Shown piece by piece: positions 37,479 through 49,600 of a stretch of 64,000 nt of DNA. The stretch is from Bilabrum cf. latius (Eukaryota), in contig OZ237745.1 of NCBI GenBank assembly GCA_965178125.1, forward strand, positions 1,240,001 to 1,304,000, given 5' to 3'. Both the position numbers and the translations under genes were made by a program. Numbering within the stretch: the stretch's first letter is position 1; every line of letters begins with the position of its first letter. Under the pieces are notes generated by a model. It was not told where the DNA came from. It was given only the letters and a program-made list of their open reading frames with translations, and did not search any database.

Positions 37479-38918
37479 ATGGCTTCAACCCCTGAAATCG
37501 ACGGTAAGGAAGCATCTTTTTCGGAATCCGTGTGCCTGTAACCCTTGCATCCTCAATGCTGGGTGTTGCAGGGCAAAACCTTTGTTTGACGTTTCTCCCC
37601 TGGGTGTGGTACCTTGCTCAGCAGTCACTGCTCTTTGTTCTTTCACTAGTTAGCCGTGCTAATGTAATTTTTTAATACTAAATAATTCGTATTGTGGATA
37701 AAATGCTGATTCTGAGAGCCCAGGGAATTGTTGACGCTCGTTTGATTTTTTCCCCTGCTGGGTGGATGCCGGGTGTTGTTGATGTCCTTGTACCGTCATG
37801 TCTGCTAGGCTGAGGATCCATAGCCCCCAATAACCATTTTAATTATAGTACGTCTGTTCTTTGCTACATTTGATGGCGGTCTGTTATTCTACTGAATCAG
37901 CCAACACGCAACCGTGCTGTTGTTGCTCGGTGGCGATACGAAGCTCTCTAGTAGAGTACAGCGCACATACTTGTTGCGTTCCGCGGTGCTCCTGTTTCCA
38001 TTTGCAGTGAATGCGATCATCGACAAGCTGCTGTCAGTTAGGGATGCCAGGCCTGGCACGCAGGTGCACTTGGCAGAAAGCGACATCCGCGGCTTGTGTT
38101 TGAAGGCAAGGGAGATCTTCTTGGAACAACCGATCCTGCTGGAGCTAGAGGCGCCAATTAAAATTTGCGGTGATATTCACGGCCAGTACTATGATCTGCT
38201 GCGCCTGTTCGAGTACGGTGGGTTCCCGCCTGACGCGAACTACCTCTTCCTCGGCGATTACGTCGACCGCGGGCAGCAGAGCCTGGAGACTATCTGCTTG
38301 CTGCTGGCGTACAAGATCAAGTATCCCGAGAATTTCTTTATGCTCCGGGGGAATCACGAGTGCTCGTGCATCAGCCGGATCTACGGGTTTTTCGACGAGT
38401 GCAAACGCCGGTACAATGTCAAGCTCTGGAAGCTCTTCATGGACGTCTTCAACTGCTTGCCGCTGGCTGCGACCATCGATGAGAAGATCTTGTGCATCCA
38501 TGGAGGCCTCAGCCCGGAGCTGACTTCCATCGAGCAGATCAAGAGGATCGTCAGGCCGACCGACGTGCCCGACACTGGCTTGCTCTGCGACCTGCTCTGG
38601 TCCGATCCGGACAGGGACATCGTCGGGTGGGGCGAAAACGACCGGGGCGTGAGCTTCACGTTTGGCCCCGATGTGGTCAGCGCGTTCCTGAAGCGACATG
38701 ACTACGATTTGATCGTGAGGGCCCACCAGGTGGTGGAGGACGGGTACGAATTCTTCGCCAAGAGGCAGCTCGTGACCCTGTTCTCGGCGCCGAACTACTG
38801 CGGGGAATTCGATAATGCAGGGGCGATGATGACAGTGGACGAAACCTTGATGTGCTCGTTCCAGGTGCTCAAGCCTGCCGAGAAGCGCAAGGCTGGCAGG
38901 CGGGGACCCGGCAGGTGA
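37479..38918 (+). CDS. PP1: Serine/threonine protein phosphatase 1 catalytic subunit; exons 37479-37503 and 38008-38918
   Basis: [27 protein letters not shown] and [13 protein letters not shown]. Exon 1 ATGGCTTCAACCCCTGAAATCGACG|GTAAG spliced to TTTGCAG|TGAAT gives [17 protein letters not shown]. Ends TGA-TGA with no internal TAG. Confidence 0.95.
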
Positions 38919-39792
38919 TGAAGTCGTTGGTGGCTTTCCGCGGGTTTAAGAAGCGATGAGCACTGGCGGTGGCTTTGTTATGCACGGTCCAAGTTTGAAT
39001 CCAACCTGCATGTTTTCGTTCAATTCTCTACATGATCTAGCGTGCTGTGCACAGCACCGAAGCCACGAAAAACCAGACTGGCAATTTGCAAACTACACAC
39101 TACTCCATGCGCATGCGAAGAAACCCCGGCCGCAGAGTGGGACTAAAAAGCCGGGCTTTTCCAGTGAGGTGCAATGCACTTGTTTGTATGTACAAAAAGC
39201 TTAGCATCTGCCAGTTCGGTACCCTGTAGCCCTGTTTGACCCTGTTGGCGGACTGCGGAATGCGACGGTTTGCAAGCCGCTTGCGCTGTACTGTTGGTTT
39301 TCCTTGGGGTTGTGTATAGCATGCATGCAGTCCGTGGCGTCATGAAATTTGAAATTTGTTGTACACTTCGAGTTTCTCGCCTTGACTCGTGGCACGCTAG
39401 TGTTTGTTACAGCTTTGGCTGCACACACCGCTTGGATCTCCTTGCCCCATTGTACATTTTGGCGCCTTGCAAGAGAATCTAGGAGCCTTGCCGTGTCGCA
39501 AGAGAATTTTAGGCGTATTTTTACCTGTGCACAAGGCAGAGCCTTACTCAGTACCTCGTGTTCAATGAGTCTCGGAGTACGTACCCAGCCACAACCTCTC
39601 GCAGTCCCACGATATTCGAGCTAGAACAAGGCAACATACGGTTTCGACCTATCTGCTCACTTGTAGATACAGTCTGCGGCATTTTAGACTGATCGCGAGT
39701 GCAGCGGCGACGTATAGCTGCTGCACGTGAGCTATAGGAGCCACTGATTGAACCCATCGGTTTTCGTACTTCGCGTCGGTCTCATTGCTAGA

Positions 39793-40536
39793 ATGGCGGC
39801 TGCAGCAAGCGGCAGAGACATGGGCGTAAGATATTTGGCCATCGGCCGGCGCACGGATGGGGCGGTGCTGACCTCGCTGGTCACACCGCAGGGGAGCTAG
39901 GCGTCGGCGGACCAGGGCAAGCTGGACGAGCTGGTGACAAACTTGCTGCAGCACGGCAGCTGGGACGAAATGGAGAGCGACGTGCTGCAGCTAGATGACG
40001 CAGACATGATGATTAACGCGCTGCAGAGCAACCCAGTGGTGGTGTTCGCCGTGACGGGCAAGGACTACCCTGACAGGCTCCTCTTCGCCAGGGAGAGCGG
40101 GCAGGCCGGCCTGCTGAACGAGATGCTGCAGCGGCTGGATGATGACTTGGGGAGGGACCTGGCCGTGGGGTGCGCCCCGGGGGGGCTGGGGCACAAGGGG
40201 CGCACCATGCTCTCCTCGGTGGCGGACAAGTACGGCTCTCCTGAGAAACTCGACAGCATGCTGCGGGTGCAGGGCAAGCTGGACGCGGTGAAGGGGGTGA
40301 TGATGGACAACATCGACGGGATGATGCGCATGACGGAGCGTGCAGAGGACGTGGAAGAGAAGACGGACGAGCTGAGGAGAGGGGCCAAGCAGTTCCAGAA
40401 CAAGGCAGGAGACCTCAAGTGGGCCATGTGGTGGAGAAACTGCAAGCTGTGGTGCCTCATCGCAGTACTGGTCATTTGTGTGATCCTCTACTTTGTCATA
40501 CCGATCATCCGCCCGCACCTGGATGGGGACAAGTGA
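39793..40536 (+). CDS. Longin-type R-SNARE (VAMP7-like); in-frame TAG at 39898
   Basis: The longin-like N-terminus (VRYLAIGRRTDGAVL) lies upstream of the TAG. It is followed by the SNARE motif KLDAVKGVMMDNID..EEKTDEL..AKQF, MWWRNCKL and a C-terminal TM segment. Ends at TGA. Confidence 0.88.
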
Positions 40537-40698
40537 CGGGTACAGGAACGGTGGATGGCAGCGGGGCTTGCCTGTATTCGGGCGGTGGGCGGGGGTGCCA
40601 CGACAAAAACCGTGCGATGTATTCTGTGCAAATGAGTTCTATGCTACAACGACTTCAAAGCAATCAAGTCACGCAGAGGAGCGGCGGCTCCACTCGGC

Positions 40699-41334
40699 TC
40701 AGCTCCGGGCCTCACCGCCCTAGCCTAGCATCACATCTGCCGCTGCCGCGTTTGAGCAAGCGTCGTAGCGGTCCACAAGCGGAGCACATCGCAGCGGATC
40801 CGCGTCGCCGTTTCTCGATACATCTCTATAACAGCTAACAACGGCCTCCCTCTCGGCCCTGCATGGCACTGCTCGTGCCGGGGCACGCTTGTACTGGGCG
40901 TGCGTACCGTCTACCGCACCGCCCAAAGCGGCCTCTCTCAGCTTCTGCACTTCCTCCAGTCTTGACGTTGCAATCTTTGAAGCCTACTGCGATCCAGACT
41001 CACAGAGATCATGCCAAACTGATTCTCTCTCTGAACTGGTTCGTACGGACATGCACGCTAGCACAAAACGAATGACGCCGTAGTCTCACCGCTTTCGCCT
41101 TTGACTCAGAATCTGACTGAGCAGCCGTGTATCCAGCATCATAGCCTTTCTTGAAGTGTTCTTCAACTGGCACCTTTGCCGCATCAATGGCGCCAGGAGA
41201 TGTCTAAGTAACGCCTGCGATCTCGACACGATATTTCATCTCAAATTGTGCACATATCTTGCACAATGCAGTTAACCAGTACACAATGCACAATATTACT
41301 CACCTTCTACGGGTTTAGATCCCGATGATCCCAT
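40699..41334 (-). CDS. N-myristoylated twin-CX9C (CHCH) protein, Mic19/MICOS-like; exons 41334-41304, 41214-41090 and 40986-40699
   Basis: Spliced product MGSSGSKPVEGVT[TAG]TSPGAIDAAKVPVEEHFKKGYDAGY..KAKA|[TAG]ASKIATSRLEEVQKLRE..PCRAEREAVVSCY..RCAPLVDRYDAC..VMLG[TAG]GGEARS-TGA. Both introns are GTGAG..CGCAG and keep the frame. Confidence 0.75.
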
Positions 41335-41542
41335 GGCAGATACGTTGGATCGTAATTAATGAAATTGATGTAATCTTGGTTAGGTTGTTCCGGTAATATA
41401 AACCACACGCTTTAAACAGATCGATTGGTCTGGTGACAATTGGTGTAATAAATTTATTTGTACCGTCACAAACCGTGCGTGTGCGGCAGTACGATTTCTT
41501 GAAGACAGATATAAGTGTCCACTCCCGGCGGCTAGTATCAGG

Positions 41543-43447
41543 ATGGGCTCTACATCGAGACCACCGCAAGGGGGACTCGGGGGGTGTTTTTCGCCTCTAG
41601 TTATTCTGATTGCGTTCACCATGACCAACATTATCAACTATATGGACCGGGGCATCGTTCCGGGGGCACCCGAGGAAGTAGGAGAGTTCGCTATGCATTC
41701 AACTGGCTCCACTAATCAGGATACCCTGATCGGTAGCCTGTAGAGCGCATTCATCGGCGGGTATGCTGTTGCTAGCCTTGTCTTCGGGCATCTTGTGCAT
41801 CTTTACCCACCTTTCAAGCTTGTGGGAATTGGACTTGCGATTTGGGTAGTGGCTATCGTAGCGAGCGGCGCTGCTCCAAGCTACTACATGCTTCTTGCAG
41901 CCCGCGTGCTATCAGGGGTAGGGGAGGCGAGCTTCCAGTGCGTGGTTCCTACCTACATTGATGATAACGCTCCACCTGCCCAGCGATCCTTGTATCTGGC
42001 TGTGTTTTATATGGCTATACCGGGAGGGACGGCTGTTGGGTATGGCTGGGGCGCTGCGATCTCGAGCGCGCTCTCGTGGCGGTGGGCCTTCTATCTAGAG
42101 GCACCTCTCATGCTTCCGTTCGTGATCCTCTGCTTTATGTTCCCTGACCCGCCGAAGCACGAGCACCCAGCCTTTTTGGACGAGCGGCAAGCGGGCGTAG
42201 ATGAGGCCGAGAAAGGCGGCCTGCTCGCGAACAGCGCAGAGGCTGATGGGGCTCCCTCCAGCAGCCTAGGGTCGGAGTCAGAACAGAGCCTGCTCTCTGC
42301 GAGCTACGGAGCACCGACCGACGGGGCCAGCTAGGCGGGACCAGACGCTCCCACCTCGGGCCCCCCCCGGCCGCCCACGGTGATCGAAGAGCTGATGGGC
42401 GTGCTGTCCTCGCCCGAGTACGTCTTCGTGGTGCTGGGGTACGCCGCTTACACGTTCGTGGTAGCCGGACTAGGGAACTTCGGACCAACGTTCGTTATCG
42501 GTTTGGGTCTCTTTGAGGACGAAACCACGGCCTCGTTGCTCTTCGGGGCCATCATCGCGGTGGTGGGCTTCTCGGGCACACTCATCGGCGGGCTCGTGAT
42601 CGACTGCCTGCAGGCGCGCAACAGCAAGGCATAGGAAGAGAGGATCGGCATCGACAACTTGTCTCCAGGAGATGAGGCTGGGCAAGGAGCGGGCCGTCGG
42701 TCCGCCGAAATGGTCTCCGTGGGAGGGTCTGCTGCTAGTCTCGGCCAGGACCAGAAGCGCGACCCAGAGGGCGATTTCGACCAGAACGGGGACTAGCTTG
42801 TGCCGAGCGATCGGTAGTCTAACCCCCGCGATGGTGGCAGTGACAGTGACGATGCTGTAACGCTCCGCAGCCTGGACCTGAAGCTGATCTCCACCACGCC
42901 ACTGACCTTTGGGTCTACGCTGGTGGGGTTCGTGCTATGCCTGCTGTCTCCTTTCTTTGCGGCATCCAGAGGCGGCTTCTTGTCAGTGCTGGGGCTGGGA
43001 GCACTGTGCCTCTTCATCAATACCGCTGCTGTCAACCTGGCCATCCTCGCGTCGGTTCCCCCGGAGTCCAGACCTTTCGCTGTGGGGCTAGGCACAGTGG
43101 TCTTGCACGCTCTCGGGGACGTGCCATCGCCCGTGATCATCGGACAGGTAGCGGACCAGTTGGCGCCTGGCACTACCAAGGATAGAAGCCACCGCGGGCT
43201 GCAAATCACGATGGTTCTGACGACAATGTGGCTGCTGTGGGCGCTGCTGTTTTGGGGTGGTGCGTGGTTCCTGGCTAGCAGGCGGATGGCGCGGCACGAA
43301 CGCGGGAAGGACTACAAGGAGCTTGGAGGCAGAGACACGGATGGACTTCTCGCTGATTACAAGAATGGTGGAGGGTGGTACCGGCAGCTAGGCATTCGGT
43401 GGTGTTGCTGTTCTCAGCCGGATTTGGCGGCTAAAGCCAGCATGTAA
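41543..43447 (+). CDS. Spinster-like MFS transporter; 5 in-frame TAGs
   Basis: NIINYMDRGIVPGA, IGSL[TAG]SAFIGGY, ARVLSGVGEASF..P.YIDD.AP, SWRWAFYLE and HALGDVPSP.IIG. TAGs at 41741, 42332, 42632, 42794 and 42815. Ends at TAA 43445-43447. Confidence 0.9.
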
Positions 43448-43630
43448 GGGTGACGCAGTCGACCTAGGGTGTCGTGGTTGCATGGGTTGGAGCCGTGGTT
43501 TGATAGTTTCATGGAAGAAAAGAGTAGTTTCATGTCAATCCAAGGGATCAATTAGCAAGAGTTCGAACAGATGCGATCACAAATGATCTGGCCCCAGTCG
43601 CGCAGTCCGGCACAGCTACCAAATTTTTCA

Positions 43631-46600
43631 TCACATCCAAGGGTGCCAGCTTGGCGAGGTCTGCGAGAGTCGGGCCTCGTCGACTGCTGCCTTGATCAGG
43701 ACGAGTGACCTCGTGCGGTAGCTCGGCGAAGTATCTTCACTTGTGGGGAAGGACGGATCGGCACAGATCGCCTGCGCGATGCCGAGCGGCCGCTCCGCTT
43801 GTACGGGCCGCTGCTTCGCATCCATCTCAGCATCCGTTCTCTCCTGTCCCTTGAGGCGGTTGTGGACCACCCAGCCCTAGTTCGGCCGGAGAACCCGCCT
43901 CGCAAAATCACTGATTGCAGTTGTGACCACTGCCGAGCCTGCTCCTGATGCCGCGCTCTCAGCGGAAGCACCGCCCTGCTCCGCGCTGGCCTTGGCGAGC
44001 TCCTCGTCGGCCGCAGCCGCACGCGCAGCTCGCATAGCCGCATGCTCGTGCTCGCCTCGCAGCCGCAGTCCCATGGCGACGATCTTATGCAAGTTCGCTT
44101 CTGAGTCAGGCACGGCCTCCTCAAGCCCCTGTGAGCCTGTGGAGCGCTTGCTGTGCGGAGCCTCGCCTTCCTACTTGCGGATCTGCTGCAGCCGATACAG
44201 CCGCCGCAGGGCAGCGGCGTGACGATCCCAGTCAGCCGGCGAACCCACCCTCCAGGCGTCTTCCTGCAGCACCCGCTGCGGGACCAGACCTTCCAGCCGC
44301 CCGAGTATGCGCCCTGTGTCACGAACATACGACGAGCGCAGCAGCAGTGCCAGCCGCTACAAGTCCGAATCCGTCCGAGCACCACCGTCCGCAAGGGAGC
44401 CTCCTGACCGATGGGCGTGAAGAGTGTGCCACGCAAGCGTGTCATTGCGCAGATGCAGCGCCAACGAGGATGCCACCCACTGACCACGCCGCACCAGCGC
44501 GCCCGCCACAGCAGACATGCTGTACCCGACAGGACCGGCCAGGCCAAACGGAGTCAGGAGCTGCTGCATGCCCCTGGACAGCCGGAATGGGAGACGCGAG
44601 CGCCAATCCACCTCAGCCATCCGACCTGACTCTGCGTACCGCACGTGCAGCGCGGCGTGCGTCATCTCTCCCCGCGCAAGAGACAGTAGGGTGTCTTCGG
44701 GGCCAGCGGCAGGCACGCCCATGGCGTGGGCCACGGTTGCATGGGTGCCAACATGAGCAGCAACTCGCTCCCGAAGGGCTAGCAGCGCCGATGGCGACGG
44801 GAGCACGCCGGCCAGCGTCTACACGAGGCTCGACGCGGGTACCACGGCACCGCAAATAGCGCGATACGCAGAGTGTTTTGAGGAGGCTGCGTCGGCTGCG
44901 AGATGCAAAGGATCGCTATCCGCACCACTGTGCAGTTTTCGTCGATTTGCAAGCACTCTGGAGCCAGCCTCTGCCGCCATGCGCCAGGGCGCCTCAACTG
45001 CCGCCTCAACGTCGCAGTCGTCGTCTGTCAGGGCGAGACGGGCACATCGGTCCTGAAGGAGTTGAAGCATGCTTGCTGACCCGGCCGTGTCAGCCTATAC
45101 TCTCACACAGGAAGATAAAGGCACAACAGTGGGAGTGTTCAGCCGCAGGCGCCTCCGCCTAGAGTTGGCGTGGCGTAGCAGCGACGAGGTCACCAGCCTT
45201 CCAGTGGCCGCCATGAGGATGTCCCGCTGTGTGGCCTGCGAGTGGGAGCTCTGCACTAGCAAGCCGTACGAGAGACCGTCGTCTCCCCTTAGCTCGATTC
45301 TTCGCTACACCTAACCGTTGGCCTGCAGTCGCACTCCCACGCGCGGCTCCACCCCGACGACTCGAGCAGCCTTCACAGCCGACGAATCAGAGAGTAGGTC
45401 TCCGATGTGGTGCCGACCAGGCACCTCGAGCCGCCTCAACTGCAGCTCCGCGAGCCCCCAGGAGGTCTCCACGAGTCGCTGCGAGGCAACGTGGCGCCCG
45501 AGGCCGTTCCAAGCTGCCCCCTGCCAGGCGGCCCAATCTTGCGATGGGTGAGCCAGCATGGGCCGTCCGTCAAGGCCTGCCAGCACGGCGGCCTCTACCT
45601 CAGACTTTGAGCCACCTTGTGCCTGAACTGCCACACCTGCCAATAGGCGAGACCTCCAGCGCCTGACAGCCACGAGCAGCTCGCCAACCGTCGCTGGGAA
45701 CTGAGCACCACCGGAGGCGCTTCCAGCACCCGGAGCTGCGCGCGGAGCCAGCTCCAGTGCCATATGTGACAGTACGGATCCAGGCACCGCTTTGCGAGTC
45801 CGCTCGTGCAACTTTGCAAGCTGCTCCCGCATGCCGGGGCGAAGATGCTCCGTAGCTTCACCAGTGCCCACCGCCGCGCGGGCCAGAGGCAAGTGACCGG
45901 CATCCACGATGAGCTCCATCTGTCGCGCGCATTCTTGTAGCATGGATTCAGGGACAGGGAGGCTGGCGTGAGACATTGATCCCTGTCCGGCAGATCCCGC
46001 GCCAACGGCAAGCGCCTCGGCCTGACCGCACAGTGACCGGAGTAGCAGGTGCATACGCTCCGCAGCTCGATCCAAGTGATGAGGAGCCAATTTGCGAGCA
46101 ACGTTGTCGGCAAAATGCATCATCTCACAAGCCATGGACGTGTGATTTCGGCGAAGAAGGGTGTGCGTCTCGTCTGCTTCTCTCTAGGATATCTCAACAG
46201 CAGGTGCGCTGGCAGACGTGCCTCCGTCATCCTCCATGGCGGCCTACGCCTTGCCATTGGAGCTAGACCCGGCCGATCCATCGTGGCTCCGCGCTGACTT
46301 CCTGCGGTGCTGCATGCCACGCAGCTGGTAGTAGATAGCCTGCGGATGCCTCAGGGCCAGCGCCTGCAGCATGTCCTTGGCGGTTCGGAACTCGTGATGT
46401 GACAAGGCAGCAAGCAGAGCGGGGAGCTGGGGCACCCACTGCTGTGCCTGCACAAATCGACCGTGTTTACTCGCAGCCGCGCTCAGAACAGAGGTCTGAT
46501 CATCAAAACAGAGCAGCCAAAGCACCCTGCCTAGCTCCAGCGACGTATAGTTGACGCCGTGGGTGCACGCCAACAAGTAGGCGACGATGGCTTGCGCACC

Positions 46601-49600
46601 TACGTGCAAGACTCCCCGCCTGTCCGTTGGCTTGGGGGATCGTCCTGCCGAGCTCGACCTAGACTACGCTGACGGTGCCATGCCGCCAAATTGAGCCGAC
46701 TAAACTGACGACTTTACGATGGCCTGCACGGCTTTCCGTACACCATCTGGCGAGGGCACGTACTTGCGAATCAGCTCTGTATGCGGGCGAACGGGCGGAG
46801 ATGGAAGCACAGGTGCTGGCGGGGCCACGCCCGGCTACAAACCAGCACTGGCCGCCTACTTGGCAGCCTCTGTATCCTCCTTGTGTTTCTTGACGCTAGC
46901 TTCCTCCTCCTGCTGTGTTTTGGCCTCGTCGTCGGGGGACCAGCCTCGGAGAGCATCCGCGACTGCCTCGGCAGCAACGTGGTCGCATTCGCCCTCAGCT
47001 TGCCTGCGAGCCAGATCGGAGAGATCGTGGTCATCCGGCAGACGCCCACCCACTGTTTGTCCTCCCATCGCTTCGTACTGTCTGACGTGCGCCAGATACA
47101 CTGAGTGAAACAATGTGTCCAGGAATCGGCCCCAGGACAGCCAAGCCTTGCGGTGTCGATCGTGCACCTGCACAGCGAGCGCAAAGGTGCGGTTCGCTTC
47201 ATACCACCGACTCCCGTCGTGACTGCTCAGCTCCCTAAAGAACAGGGCGCGGACGCGGAGCAACTCCGCCTTCTGTGGCGGCATGAAGTAGGTCAGGTTG
47301 GTCCCCTGCAGCAAGGACAATCCACCACGCCTCTGACCATGCACCCGCTCCGGGTCCAGCGGGCAAAACACCGCTGCAGCCGAAGAGATCTTGGTCTTCT
47401 CATCATTTGTAAGGTGCGGTGGGTGCTGACGGGGCAGGGCAGCCAGCTCGGCCGCTGATGACGGGCCCGACGGGATCACGGCTCCCTGCGGAGCAGCGTT
47501 TTCGCGGATGGCACGCAGGCCCGCCTCACTGTCTCGCACCAGCGCAGTATGGGCTGCCACCAGGCCCTAGACAGACTATTCTGCGGCTGGGTTATCAGGA
47601 GCAAGACTGGCACCACCGGGCTCTGCCGGGGCCACCCCAGCATTGAGCAGAGAAGGGCCCATGTGAGGAGGCAGAAGCGAGTCATCGCCTTCCGAATGCA
47701 GGCAGGCCAGAATCTGCTCACGGGCCTTCTGGAATGCATCATACACGTCCATGGTAGCCAACTGGTACAACCTGGCTAGCGTTGTTGCGCTCACGTCGAT
47801 CAGGCCGAGCTTGCGGCTCACGTGGGCGAGCCGGATCACCGTCCATGGCGCATCGTGCACAGAAGACAGCTCATGCGGATTACCATTGAACATAGGCTGT
47901 AGCCAGTTCGTAACGAAAGCGAACACGTGGTGCCTCCAAGTGAGCAGGCTGTCCCACACACTTACCCCGTCCCATCGATTGGGCAACCTGTTGCGCCAGT
48001 CCGACAACACAGGCTGAAGATCTGGCTTGTTCTGCTTCTTCTTGCCTTGCTCTGAGTTTCTTTGTCGCGTTATCTTGTTCAGGGCTTGCAGGATCCGAAC
48101 GGCTTCCTGCGACTCGAGAAGCTGCTGGGACTGCGCCAGCATGGCTTCGCGCATTCCCACACCCACACCAGTGCCTGAATACATCTGAAACTTGGATAGG
48201 GCAATCCGCATTGCGTTGTCCCAGGTGTGCATAGCTTGCTGGGAGTTCCCGCTCTGCACGGCGACCTCGACTTCGTGAAGCCTTCTGGCTGGGTCCTTGC
48301 TTGCTTCCATAGTCACGACTGGGTTCTTCAGCATTGTGCGCATCACATCCCACTCTGCCAACTTGCTCGAAGCCTCTGCTAGCATCACTGCATCGCCCAC
48401 TTCCTGCGCAAATCGACCGACCACAGTCCACTGGCAGAGCTGCTTCGTAGACGCAGCCCAGCGAGACTGCCAAAGCTCCACCTCGGTCCGGGACGGGCAA
48501 CTTGCCCAGATGCTTGGCAGCAAGTCGTGGGTTCCAGCATGACTATGGCTACCGGCTCCAGACAGTCCACCGGCACCACTTAAGCCTGCTTGTGCCTGTG
48601 CATGACCTGTCAGCGAGCCTCCAGAACCAGTGGCACCTGAACCAACGCTACCAAGCATCCCGCCGGCTCCATTGGGTACCCCGGTCTACCCAGTGATGGA
48701 AGAGGAGCGCAGCAAAGCGACCTATGGGTGCCAACGCGGCACGCCGGTTGACGATCCACCCGACTGCACTCTAGCAGCCGCAGCCTGTTGCGGGGCGGCA
48801 ATTCCATCTCCCAGACCAGGCGCGATTCCCAGCACGTGAAGTGGCGGACCTCGTCCGGTTCCAGGCGCTGCGCCCGGGTTCTGCACAACTGCACCCTCCC
48901 CGACAGAAGCACCGGACGAAGCAGGCCCGGTTGCCCCGCGCTTGCCCTTGCGAGCCGCCGCTGACGATTCGGAACCCGCCGAAAATGTTCCAAGCGAAGC
49001 GGACCTGATGCCAAGCTGCCTTGCCTCAGCAGCAGTGCCACCATAAGTAAATCCAGTTGCGGGGGCCGCCACCGCGGGCACGAGGCCAGACTGGAGCGCT
49101 GAACGTCGAAGCTCCTCCTCCCCGCTGCCTAGTTGTTCCGTTTCCGCCGGCTCGCCAAATGAAGCTAGTCTTCGCTGCAGTGGCATTGCAGCATCCACGA
49201 TCGAAGCCTGGGCAAACTCGAGCTGCCCAAGACTACCCAAGCTTAGCTCACGGTCACTGGGACGAGTGGACGTGAACTGCCGTGTCACAGCAGATGCATC
49301 CAATTGTTCAGAACCTGGCATAGCAGAGCTAGAGCTGGAGCTGGCAGATGCACTAGACGACGAATTTCCTGCTGTGCCGCTGCGTTCCATGGCCGATGCC
49401 AAATGATCGCCGCTGGGCATCACGCTGGCGCCACGTATTGCAGCAGGCCCATCGTAGTCGGTGTGAATAGGCTCTATGAGCGGTACCGAGTGTGACGATA
49501 CGGCTCGTTCAAGCACAGCTGGGGACAGCTTAGTCTCGGGCGCGCGCTTCCGCCGGCGTCTCTTCGTAGGTGCACCTGAGCGTGAATGCTGTAGTGCCCT

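Noticed and set aside
38920-39790. Small ORFs or a tRNA in the PP1-VAMP interval
   Set aside because: No coding hallmark and no convincing cloverleaf. No tRNA(CUA) was seen anywhere in the window.
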